Part shown: one piece after another, positions 14,279-26,666 of the stretch
Numbering within the stretch: the first letter of the stretch is position 1
Layout: each line of letters opens with the position of its first letter
Assembly (NCBI GenBank): GCA_964016885.1
Contig: OZ024750.1
Location: 53,568,001 to 53,632,000 of the forward strand
Origin: Eledone cirrhosa
Lineage: Eukaryota
DNA: 64,000 nt
Direction of reading: 5' to 3'
The notes under the pieces: generated by a model
What the model was told of the DNA's origin: nothing
What the model saw: the letters and a program-made list of their open reading frames with translations, nothing else
The model's database searches: none
Translations under genes and position numbers: made by a program

Positions 14279-14827
14279 GTAAAACTCTTATTTCATATCA
14301 TATGTTCCTTAGGTCATGATTTAGCTGAAAATATATTAAAATGCATTTGTTAATTCAAATATTTGTAGTATTTTTACTGGTGGACAGATCATTGGGGGAA
14401 AATTACAGTAAATTAAATTAAAGGTTTTAATTTTTAATGTGATGCATTTATAGTGCTGCTTTGTATTTTACAGTTCCATGTGGTACATGGCATTAAGGGT
14501 TAATTTTGCCATTGCTGTGAAACAGTTTATTATTGTAAACTGTTTGTTTACACTTCAGCAAAACGTTAAGAAGTTCTCTTACAATCCTGAGGTTCCAGGT
14601 TTGGCCTCCTGACACTTTTGTCAAGTGCCATTTATCATTGTCTTGGGTCTTCCCAAACATTGTTATTGGGTAGATGTTTGGAAGTCCATTAGATGGACTC
14701 TACTTATAGTTGACACACAGTCTACCTGTAATTCACAGAACCAACCATGTGACATTCTGTGTCATGTTTTAATATAGTCTTTACTTTGTTTCCATTGTTC
14801 TTACATTCTTTCTTCGTCTCCCTGCAG

Positions 14828-14950
14828 GCATTAGACTGGATCCATGATTCCGGAGAGGCATACCTATCAACACACACCTCTGTTGGTGAAACAAGAGAAG
14901 AGACGGAGTCGTTGTTAAGAGAATATTATGAGTTCCGTGGCAGGGCCAAG
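14828..14950 (+). CDS. trio: Trio exon (spectrin repeat)
   Basis: ctgcag|GCA...AAG|gtaatg; ALDWIHDSGEAYLSTHTSVGETREETESLLREYYEFRGRAK. Confidence 0.95.
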
Positions 14951-15045
14951 GTAATGTCCACCATATTGTTGCTGTCTTGTTGTTGGGAAACGTCAGTCTG
15001 TCTATTGTGGTCAGCAGATGATGGGAAAGAGGAAATTAGTTCTAC

Positions 15046-15693
15046 TTATTTACTGGAGGTGGAGCTGTACTGTTGGGCCTATTTACTGGAGGTGGAGCTG
15101 TACTGTTGGGCCTATTTACTGGAGGTGGAGCTGTACTGTTGGGCCTATTTACTGGAGGTGGAGCTGTACTGTTGGACCTATTTACTGGAGGTGGAGCTGT
15201 ACTGTTGGACCTATTTACTGGAGGTAGAGCTGTACTGTTGGACCTATTTACTGGAGGTGAAGCTGTATTACTGGACCTATTTACTGGAGGTAAAGCTGTA
15301 TTACTGGACCTATTTACTGGAGGTGAAGCTGTACTGTTGGACCTATTTACTGGAGGTGGAGCTGTACTGTTGGGCCTATTTACTGGACGTGGAGCTGTAC
15401 TGTTGGGCCTATTTACTGGAGATGGAACTGTATTACTGGACGTGGAGCTGTATTACTGGGCCTATTTACTGGAGGTGAAGCTGTATTACTGGGCCTATTT
15501 ACTGGAGGTGGAGCTATATTACTGGACCTATTTACTGGAGGTGGAGCTGTATTACTGGACCTATTTACTGGAGGTGGAGCTGTACTGTTGGGCCTATTTA
15601 CTGGAGGTGGAGCTGTATTACTGGACCTATTTACTGGAGGTGGAGCTGTAAAGTTGGGCCTATTTACTGGAGGTGAAGCTGTATTACTGGACC
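15046..15693. repeat. 33-bp minisatellite, ~20 copies
   Basis: CTATTTACTGGAGGTGGAGCTGTACTGTTGGGC. Confidence 0.96.
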
Positions 15694-15760
15694 TTTTCAC
15701 TGGCTTCAATAAATGAAGTCATACAATAATGAATATCTCAAGTTCAGTAAAGTGTCTTAA

Positions 15761-15948
15761 CTATAATACCACACTATAAGCTATAATACCACACTATAAG
15801 CTATAAAACCACACTATAAGCTATAATACCACACTATAAGCTATAATACCACACTATAAGTTATAATACCACACTATAAGCTATAATACCACACTATAAG
15901 CTATAAAACCACACTATAAGCTATAATACCACACTATAAGCTATAAAA
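15761..15948. repeat. 20-bp tandem repeat, ~9 copies
   Basis: CTATAATACCACACTATAAG. Confidence 0.95.
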
Positions 15949-16279
15949 CAACACCAGAAATTATTGACTATAAATACCACACTATAAACTTAGTTTTATA
16001 TTTTTCCACACTTGAAGTACACAAGGCACAAACATTCTGCATGCACCAATCAAACTAATTCTCATGTGTCTGACATCCTCTTGGAATATTCAGTGCCAAA
16101 TATTTTGGGGCCATCTCCTTCTCCAATGTCGATGACACTATAAATCATTTGACTATAAATAACAAACTTTCATGACCGTATATTTGTTATAAGAATTAAA
16201 GGATCTGTTAGTCCTTGTTGTTATTACTGTTGCATTTTTTAAACTAAAAATGATATTTCTTAAATCTATTTTCTTGCAG

Positions 16280-16462
16280 GAAACTAAAGAAAATGTCAGT
16301 CTGTTACTTCAACTGGCTGATGGTTTTGTTTCTAAAGGCACATTTCATGCCAGCAGCATCATGGCATGGTGTGCTGCTGTAGATAAACGTTATAAGGACT
16401 TCTCTTCTCGCATGGAGAAATACAGACAGAAATTAGAGGGAAAACTTGGTGTTACAAATGAA
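16280..16462 (+). CDS. trio: Trio exon (last spectrin repeat)
   Basis: ttgcag|GAA...GAA|gtgagt; ETKENVSLLLQLADGFVSKG...AVDKRYKDFSSRMEKYRQKLEGKLGVTNE. Confidence 0.94.
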
Positions 16463-16911
16463 GTGAGTGTTTCTAAATTTAACGTACTTTTTCAAAATCT
16501 TTGAAAAGCGTTGCAGTTTTTATTGAAGGCTATAGCAATATGGCATGCCACCTGAACATTTTTGATACCAACCTGCCCCAAACCACCATTGGTTCTATGA
16601 AAAACAACCACACATTATAAAATATATTTAAATAAAGTCTTCCAAAATATTTTAATATAAAAAAACTTTTATAAAGATATGATGTTACAAAAATTATGTT
16701 ACTAATTGAATAATTAATAGTTTTAGTAAATCCTTCAAAATTCTTCATTAATTAATATAGTATATTTAAATAGAAATATGTTAACAAAAGGCCCAATGAA
16801 TATACAATAATCACATTTCATGTGTTTTCTTTACACCTTTGAAAAGGGATATTTTGTTTGAAATATTTCTAAAGTAACATTTAAATATGTTTATTATTAA
16901 TACTTAATGAA

Positions 16912-17149
16912 GGGCGGTGGATTGGCAGTATCGGTAGAGGGTCGGATGCCATGATAGGGCAGTGGATTGGCAGTATCGGTAGAGGGTCGGACACCATGCT
17001 TTGATGTATAGAGTTACGGCCCTTGCCATTCTGAACTCAAATCCCGCCGAGGTTAACTTTGCCTTTCATCCTTACGAGGTCGATAAAATAAAGTACCAGT
17101 AATGCACTGGGTAATTGCTGGCCTTGTGCCCAAAGTAGAAACAATTATT
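16912..17149 (+). mobile_element. SINE family A with duplicated 5' head
   Basis: GGTGGATTGGCAGTATCGGTAGAGGGTCGGA occurs twice, then full body. Confidence 0.85.
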
Positions 17150-17290
17150 AATACTTAATGTTCAATCCACAGTGCTGTATCCTCCTATAACAAATTATAT
17201 TTCAATATTGCCATTATTTTATTTATTTATTTTTTTTATTTAATGGGGGAAATTAATTAATTCAAATATATTTCTGTTTTGATTCATTAA

Positions 17291-18443
17291 ACATTGTGTT
17301 ACTTAGGGAGGGTCATACTGCCACACACATACATTGTATTACTTAGGGAGGGTCATACTGCCACACACATACATTGTGTTACTTTGGAAGGGTCATACTG
17401 CCACACATACATTGTGTTACTTTGGAAGGGTCATACTTCCACACATATTGTGTTCCTTTGGAAGGGTCATACTGCCACACACATTGTGTTACTTGGTGAG
17501 GGTCATACTACCCCACATACATTGTGTTAATTGGGGAGGGTCATACTTGCACACATATTGTGTTATTTGGGGAGGGTCATACTACCAGACACATTGTGTT
17601 ACTTCGGGAGGGTCATACTACCAGACACATTGTGTTATTTGGGGAGGGTCATACTACCAGACACATTGTGTTACTTGGGGAGGGTCATACTACCAGACAC
17701 ATTGTGTTACTTGGGGAGGGTCATACTACCAGACACATTGTGTTATTTGGGGAGGGTCATACTGCCACACATACATTGTGTTACCTAGGGAGGGTCATAC
17801 TGCCACACATATTGTGTTACTTGGGGAGGGTCATACTACCCCACATACATTGTGTTACTTGGGGAGGGTCATACTACCCCACATACATTGTGTTACTTGG
17901 TGAGGGTCATACTATCCCACATACATTGTGTTACTTGGGGAGGGTCATACTACCCCACATACATTGTGTTACTTGGGGAGGGTCATACTACCCCACATAC
18001 ATTGTGTTACTTGGGGAGGGTCATACTACCCCACATACATTGTGTTACTTGGGGAGGGTCATACTACCAGACACATTGTGTTATTTGGTGAGGGTCATAC
18101 TACCCCACATACATTGTGCTACTTGGGGAGGGTCATACTGCCACACACAGTGTGTTACTTGGGGAGGGTCATACTGCCACACACATTGTGTTACTTGGGG
18201 AGGGTCATACTGCCACACACACATTGTGTTACTTGGGGAGGGTCATACTGCCACACACATTGTATTACTTGGGGAGGGTCATACTGCCACATACATTGTG
18301 TTACTTGGGGAGGGTCATACTACCACACACATTGTGTTACTTGGGGAGGGTCATACTGCCTCACATACATTGTGTTACTTGGGGAGGGTCATACTACCAC
18401 ACACATTGTGTTACTTGGGGAGGGTCATACTGCCTCACATACA
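17291..18443. repeat. 36-40-bp minisatellite, ~30 copies
   Basis: CATTGTGTTACTTGGGGAGGGTCATACTACCAGACA and variants. Confidence 0.96.
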
Positions 18444-18806
18444 TCCATTTTAGTATCAATCAATAAGTTCATCTAATTGATTCATCAGTTTGTCAAAGTT
18501 CTTTTGTCACAACCCTCAACCTCATCAATGGTGATGTCTCATGCACTTCCTCCTTCCCATCACTTATTATAAGTTCTATGTTCATTTCTCACAATCCCTA
18601 TGGCCCAATTCATTGTAAGTAAAACCAAAGGTAAAAATAAGAGTATGTATGTTTATTGGCAATATGACCTCCCCAAAGTACAATAATATCTGTTTCAACA
18701 CATGAGTTCAAATCAAGGATCTCACAAAACAAATATAAACATAAAATATTAAACATTGCTTTGGAGAGATTTTTTTTCTTAATTTCTTGTTTTGTTTTGT
18801 GTCTAG

Positions 18807-18913
18807 ACTGAGAAAGAAGACAGGCAAAGTGATCCTTCAATTGAAGAAAAACTTCAACAGCATGCTCCTAAGGAACTTACTGAAGAAAAAAGAAAGTCTG
18901 CTAGACGACGAGA
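18807..18913 (+). CDS. trio: Trio exon (spectrin-DH1 linker)
   Basis: gtctag|ACT...GA|gtaaga; TEKEDRQSDPSIEEKLQQHAPKELTEEKRKSARRR(E), ends phase 2. Confidence 0.93.
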
Positions 18914-19439
18914 GTAAGAATTATTTAAATTTTTCTATACATCTTTTAATGCCATTACCTTACTATTGAAATGTGTGTATCCAGTTTGGAATGCACCATA
19001 TCCTTGCATGTCCTAAGCATTGACTAATAGGGTTGGTGGCAAGAAGAGTAAAGAGACTGTAAAATATTGCTTCAAAAATGGATCCTGTACTGGCCCACAT
19101 ACTTAGTTTGTGAAAATATGTCCAACCCTTGCTAGCAGGAAAAATGGATGTTAAATGATGATGAAGAATGTGATGTGTTTCATAGCTCCCTTGTGCTGGG
19201 AGAAATGGCTTCAGAAAAAATGCTTGTTGTTGAAATGATGGAAATCCTGCTGCACAGATTTGCTGCTTAGGGTCCGTATGAACATATGTAACATTAGTTT
19301 AGTGAGCTCATGGTAGAATTTGAATTAAGAACATAAAAAGCTGGAATTCTGACTGGTGTTATAATATTTCTGTCCATCTGCTGACTCTAGACTGATAATT
19401 CATTGATTTCAAAAGGCTGCTGGACTAACTGTGGTAACT

Positions 19440-22436
19440 CTAACCCTGGATTAACAGTGGTAAACTACTAGGGGAGATGAAGTGATGGGTTAAACCTGTA
19501 GCTCCCAAGAAAGCTCTCACAACTGAGTGATGTAGCAAGGCAATTAAAGGCCACCTCTAAAAAAGCCTAGTCTTCATGGGCTGAGAAAGTACTAGATTGG
19601 TAATTGCCAAAAAGATCACAAAAATTGCAATATGGTGAGAGGTATGAAAAAGAACCATACTGCATTGTCCTCGGCACCAGTTAACAAGGGACATGTTAAA
19701 GCCTTAGGTAGAGAGCCTTGTTCGAAAAATATTTTGCAGTCTCCATTTCATGCCACATAAACTTGCCCAAAGAGGGCTCGGAAATGAGCAAACCTGGAAC
19801 ATTACAACTCTCACGTGTAAGGAGCACGAACTAGTAGAGGAGGCTAGATGCTACAGGCTAGATATAGTTGGGGTTTCCTCAACAAAGTTCCATGGCTCTG
19901 ATACTGTAGATTTGGATGGGGGATGGAAACTCCACTATTCAGGTGTGGTGCCAGAAATGACTGCACTGGTGGTAGTGGAGATACTCACAGGACCTTGGCT
20001 GTCAGAATATCTTATGGACTGGATACTATTGGGTGGGATGATTTGTCTCTTGACACTTAGGCTGAAAGATAGGTCTGTGGGTGGTGCTAGTTTATGTACC
20101 AAACAAGGAGTCTGAATACAGGTCCTTCCTTGATAAAGTTACTGTAGAGTTAGATGGAGTTAAGACTGAGTCATATATCCTGATGGGAGACTTTAATGCA
20201 CATGTTGGTACTGACCACCTGACATGGAAAGGAGTGATTGGAGGGAATGGCAACCCTGATCTAAATATGAATGGAGAGGCCTTACTAGACTTCTGTTCTA
20301 CCACTGGACTCTCTGTTATAAACACCTTCTTCCAGCATAGAGACATCCATTAATATACATGGTATAAGGGAAATCAGGGACAGAGATCAATAATTGATTT
20401 TATTATTGTCTCTGATTCTGTGATGGATGTTAAGAGAGAGGCTGAGCTGTCAACTGATCACCATCTTGTTATCTGCAACTTGAGACTACCTAAAGCTAAA
20501 GAAGCCCACAAAAGTGGCAAATCCAGAGCGACCTTCAGGATAAAGTGGGAAGCATTGGCGGAAGTTAGGACCAGGTATGCAGATGCTATTGTATCCAGAT
20601 TTAGAGAACTCCCTGAGTAAACTGACGATGTTGAGACAGAGTGGAGATTGTTCAGTACAGCAGTTTCTGCTTTAACTGTTACATGCTGCAGGTGAAAGAG
20701 GCTTGGTGTGGTGCCAGATGGCAGGAGGACCCCTTCGATTAATCAAGAGGTCAATGATGCCATCTGAGCAAAGAAGGAGGCTTACAAAGCTTGGCTTGGA
20801 AATAAGTCCGCCTTTTTACATTTGCACTTGCGGTACAAGCAGGCATGATAGATCGTAACAGAGACACTAAAGGTGTCCAAAATAAAGACATGTTGAGGAC
20901 TTTGGGGTTAAACTGGAATCTGACTTCAGATTACCAAATAAAGTGTTCTGGCAGACCATCTGCCCACTTCATAATAAGAAGTCCTCCTCCATACCTGCTA
21001 TCAAGAACATGTCTGTGGTTCTCGCTTCAGAGAGGTGCATCTTCGCAAGAAGGAAGGAATATTTTGCTGATCACCTAAACCTGATCACAACAGCATCTTC
21101 AGATGTACACGAGGAGCATCAGGGAGTGGTGACTAATCTCAATGCAGCCTGAGATGTTAAAAGCCTTAAATAGAGAAAGTACTCTCTGGCTGACTCATGT
21201 GTGTCAGATGGCCTGGATCTCTGAAAAGGCACCTAAGCAATGGCAATCAGGAGTGATAATCCCATTTTTCTAAAAAGGAGACAGGAGATTGCTCCAGTTA
21301 AGATCTCCTTGTTAAGCCTCCCTGGTAAAGTCTATGCTAAGTGTCTGGCAAAGAGATGCAGGGAGATTGTCGAGTCCAAGCTAGTTGGTGACAATGCAGT
21401 TTTCGCCCTGGATGCAGCACAGCTGGATGCAGCAGGTATATGAGAAATGATGGGAGAATTGCTCAGAAGTATGTTCTTGTTTTGTTGACCTTGAGAAGAC
21501 ATATGACAGCATTCATTGGGACCTGCTGTGGAAGGTTGTGCAGGAGTATGAGATTGATGTCTCTATATGAATATCCAAGTATTTGTGTTTTGATAAATGG
21601 TGCTAAATCGAAACCATTTAATGTGGGAGTGAGACTCTGCATACTGTCACTTCCCCTCTATATTATTTTCATGAACAAGTTTGTCATGTGCAGCTGGGTT
21701 GGAAATGGTTTCGCGACTGCCAAGTGTAAAATCAGTTGGCTCAAATTTTCAGACAACATGGTGTTACTTAACTCGACAGAAGATGACCTCTCACTTGCAC
21801 TTGATAGGTTTGATGCTGAGTGCTGCATGGCTGGAATAAAAATCAGTGCTGCGAAACCTGAGATACTCGTCTTCTCAAGGAAGCCGGTAGAGAAGTTCAA
21901 GTACCTTGGGGCCATGATGTTCATGAGTGATGGAAGGCAAGAGGCTGAATTAAGTGCAAGAATTGCAGAAGCTGGTGCAGTAATGTGCCAGTTTCAGTAT
22001 TCAGTAATCAGAAGAGAGGTAGGTGTAAAAGCCAAACTCGCTATTTTCAAAATACAAGCGGCCAAAATGGGGTTCCTCCAGAGGGTTTATGGAGTAATGT
22101 TACTCGATAGAGTGTGTATGTCGGATACCAGAGAGTCACTCTAGATAGAGCCTCTACTTCTCCGAATTGAGAGATCACAACTCCAATACTATGAGCATGT
22201 GGTTAGAATGTCTCAGGAAAGAATTGCTGGACAGATTTTATGGGCAAAACCAGCCAGGAGGAGACCCAGGTGTAGACCCTGAATGAGATGGTTGGATAAC
22301 ATCCATGAGCTTGGCTGGTCTTGCTTGGTGATCCAGCCGGATCAGTTGGAGATGGTTGCTTCTGACAAGACCCACTGGAAAGAGTGTTTGAGGACTCTGT
22401 CTCCACAACCCTCTCAGGAATAAGTGGATAAAGAAG
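19440..22436 (+). mobile_element. Near-full-length degraded RTE-clade LINE, Expander/Rex3-like (APE endonuclease + RT)
   Basis: TWNITTL..KEHELVEE..YRLDIVG, GDFNAHVG, AELSTDHHLV, ISLLSLPGKVYAK, FSDNMVLL (decayed ADD), VEKFKYLG, PLLLRIERSQL; many frameshifts and stops. Confidence 0.88.
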
Positions 22437-22988
22437 ATTTCAAAACAATAACAAGCAAAGTTGACCTCTAGGATTTGAACACAGAATACGAAAAGCCAAA
22501 CAACTCTTCCAATTCACTACCTTACAATTAGTTTACTGTTGTGTGTGTGTGTGTGGGGGGGGGGGTGTGTTAATAGATAAGTCTCAGATTCAATCCCACT
22601 ATGTGGCACCTTGGGGAAGTGTGTTCTGTTGCCTTGTGAAAGAATTTGTTTAGTGGAAAATGTGGTTATAATACATATATATGTTTGTGTCTCTCTGTTT
22701 GTTTTGGGAGTTGGTGACATTCATTAATGTCCTGCAGCTTAGTGTTTTGATATGTGAAGATCAGTACCTTAAAAACAAGTAACAGTTGTCATGCAGGACA
22801 TTGTCATAGAAAACTGCCTCAAAATCCTCTTACCTAACCGATACCATCATGGAAATATGGACATTAAAAAGAAGATAATGAGGATTTCTGGTTTAATTTA
22901 TTGAAGATTTTTTTTGTTTAGTTTTCTATTTTAAAATTTAAAATATGTAAAGATGGAAGATATTTTAGTTTATGTTATTTACTTTCAG

Positions 22989-23055
22989 ATTTATCATGGC
23001 TGAATTACTACAAACTGAGAGATCATATGTGAAAGATTTAGAAACTTGTATGAAG
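22989..23055 (+). CDS. trio: Trio exon, start of DH1 RhoGEF domain
   Basis: tttcag|A TTT...AAG|gtatgt; FIMAELLQTERSYVKDLETCMK (DH conserved region 1). Confidence 0.95.
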
Positions 23056-23344
23056 GTATGTATTTCATTTAACCCCAGTTTGTTTTTGTGAGGGAGATTT
23101 TACACTGTCTTCATAATAAATACTTCAAGAATATTATATTCAACTCATGCTACATATAAAAAAGGAGCCTCTGCCAGAAATAGCAGCCAAATCTACTTTA
23201 AATCATACACTACTGTCTTATATTAGAATGGGTTTTATTATACAATGTAGTCTCTTCCTTCTAAAACAATGGAGGTGGTCATGTCTGGAATGGCACTGAT
23301 TATTGGCTTCATCAGACACAACAATATACATAACCACATTGTAT

Positions 23345-23835
23345 ATCATCATCATGGCTTGACTGCAGGCACAGTTGTGGCTGTTCAAACCAATGCTGTA
23401 CAGGCAGACCTGACTGCAGCAGCTGAAGGTCAGGGTTTGAGGACTTAATGTTGTGCTTCTTCTTCCTCCACCTCCTTCAGAGTGGCTTTGCAAGTGTTTT
23501 CAAAAGAAGAGACAGCATGTTTGATTTTGAGATGCCAGGCTCATGGTTCTCAGCTAGGGTGGACCACAGTTGATTGTCGATGTGACAGGCACCAAGAGAT
23601 TTTGTCAAACAGTCCTTGTATCACTTCCTTGGTGACCCCCTGCCAAGATAGCCAGTGGAGAATTTGCAGTACAGCACAATGTTGGGCAGGCGATGATCCT
23701 TCATCCTGGAGATGTGCTCTACCCAGCATAGTTGGGACTTCAGCAGCATGACCTCAATGCTGGCGATCTCTGCCCATTCAAGGACTTCATCATTGGTGAC
23801 AAGGTCTCTCCAGTGGATGATGAGGATGTTGCAGA
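23345..23835 (-). mobile_element. RTE-clade LINE 3' fragment (AviRTE/BovB-like group)
   Basis: IIHWRDLVTNDEVLEWAEIASIEVMLLKSQLCWVEHISRMKDHRLPNIVLY; terminal CLYSIGLNSHNCAC; GCC(ATG)n tail. Confidence 0.8.
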
Positions 23836-23839
23836 GACA

Positions 23840-24350
23840 GTGCTGTATATAAGAACATACATAGCAACATTGTATATAAGACCATACATCACAACCTTGT
23901 ATATAAGACCATACATCGCAACATTGTATATAACACCATAACAACATTGTATATAAGGTCATAGATAGCAACATTGTAGATAAGACTATAGATAACAACA
24001 CTGTATATAAGACTATAGATAACAACACTGTATATAAGACTATAGATAACAACATTTTATATAAGGTCATAGTTAACAACATTGTATATAAGGTCATAGA
24101 TAACAACATTGTATATAAGGTCATAGATAACAACATTGTATATAAGACCATACATAACACTGTATATAAGACCATAACAACATTGTATGTAAGACCATAC
24201 ATAACACTGTATATAAGACCATAACAACATTGTATATAAGGTCATAGATAACAAGTGTATATAAGACTATGCGTGTAACACTATATAAGGTCATAGATAA
24301 CAACACTGTATATAAGGCCATGCATGTAACACTGTATATAAGGCCATACA
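23840..24350. repeat. Degenerate ~23-27-bp tandem repeat
   Basis: ACATTGTATATAAGGTCATAGATAACA variants. Confidence 0.85.
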
Positions 24351-24361
24351 TACCATCTTTT

Positions 24362-26614
24362 TATAATATACACACTGATGCTATATAATATATACACCAA
24401 TGCTATATAATATATACACTAATGCTATATAATATATACACCAATGCTATATAATATATATACCAATGCTATATAATATATACACCAATGCTATATAATA
24501 TATACACCAATGCTATATAATATATACACCAATGCTATATAATATATATACCAATGCTATATAATATATATACCAATGCTATATAATATATACACCAATG
24601 CTATATAATATATACACCGATGCTATATAATATACACACTGATGCTATATAATATATACACCAGTGCTATATAATATATACACCAATGCTATATAATATA
24701 TACACTGATGCTTTATAATATATACACCAATGCTATATAATATATACACTGATGCTATATAATATATACACGAATGCTATATAATATATACACCAATGCT
24801 ATATAATATATACACTGATGCTATATAATATATACACCAATGCTATATAATATATACACCAATGCTATATAATATATATACCAATGCTATATAATATATA
24901 CACCAATGCTATATAATATATACACCAATGCTATATAATATATACACCAATGCTATATATATACACCAATGCTATATAATATATATGCCAATGCTATATA
25001 ATATATACACCAATGCTATATATATACACCAATGCTATATAATATATACACCAATGCTATATAATATATACACCAATGCTATATAATGTATACACCAATG
25101 CTATATAATATACACACTGATGCTATATAATATATACACCAATGCTATATAATATATACACTGATACTATATAATATATACACCAATGCTATATAATATA
25201 TACACTGATGCTATATAATATATGCACCAATGCTATATAATATATACACCTATGCTATATAATATATACACCAATGCTATATAATATATACACCGATGCT
25301 ATATAATATATACACTGATGTTATATAATATATACACCAATGCTATATAATATACACACCAATGCTATATAATATATACACCAATGCTATATAATATATA
25401 CACTGATGCTATATAATATACACACTGATGCTATATAATATATACACCAATGCTATATAATATATACACTGATGCTATATAATATATACACCAATGCTAT
25501 ATAATATATACACTGATGCTATATAATATATGCACCAATGCTATATAATATATACACCTATGCTATATAATATATACACCAATGCTATATAATATATACA
25601 CCGATGCTATATAATATATACACTGATGTTATATAATATATACACCAATGCTATATAATATACACACCAATGCTATATAATATATACACCAATGCTATAT
25701 AATATATACACTGATGCTATATAATATATACACCAATGCTATATAATATATACACCAATGCTATATAATATATACACCAATGCTATATAATATATACACT
25801 GATGCTATATAATATATACACCAATGCTATATAATATACACACGAATGCTATATAATATATACACCAATGCTATATAATATATACACTGATGCTATATAA
25901 TATATACACCAGTGCTATATAATATATACACCAATGCTATATAATATATACACCAATGCTATATAATATATACACCAATGCTATATAATATATACACTGA
26001 TGCTATATAATATATACACCAATGCTATATAATATACACACCGATGCTATATAATATATACACCGATGCTATATAATATATACACCGATGCTATATAATA
26101 TATACACTGATGCTATATAATATATACACCAATGCTATATAATATAAACACCAATGCTATATAATATATACACCAATGCTATATAATATATACACTGATG
26201 CTATATAATATATACACCAATGCTATATAATATATACACCAATGCTATATAATATACACACCAATGCTATATAATATATACACCAATGCTATATAATATA
26301 TACACCAATGCTATATAATATATACACCAATGCTATATAATATACACACCAATGCTATATAATATACACACCAATGCTATATAATATATACACCAATGCT
26401 ATATAATATATACACCAATGCTATATAATATATACACCAATGCTATATAATATATACACCAATGCTATATAATATATACACCAATGCTATATAATATATA
26501 CACCAATGCTATATAATATATACACCAATGCTATATAATATATACACCAATGCTATATAATATATACACCAATGCTATATAATATACACACCAATGCTAT
26601 ATAATATATACACC
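24362..26614. repeat. 22-bp minisatellite, ~100 copies
   Basis: ATGCTATATAATATATACACCA with CA/TG/CG variants. Confidence 0.97.
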
Positions 26615-26666
26615 TGGTGCCAATATATAAACTTTACTTCAGGCTGTTTACCTTAAATATAATCAA

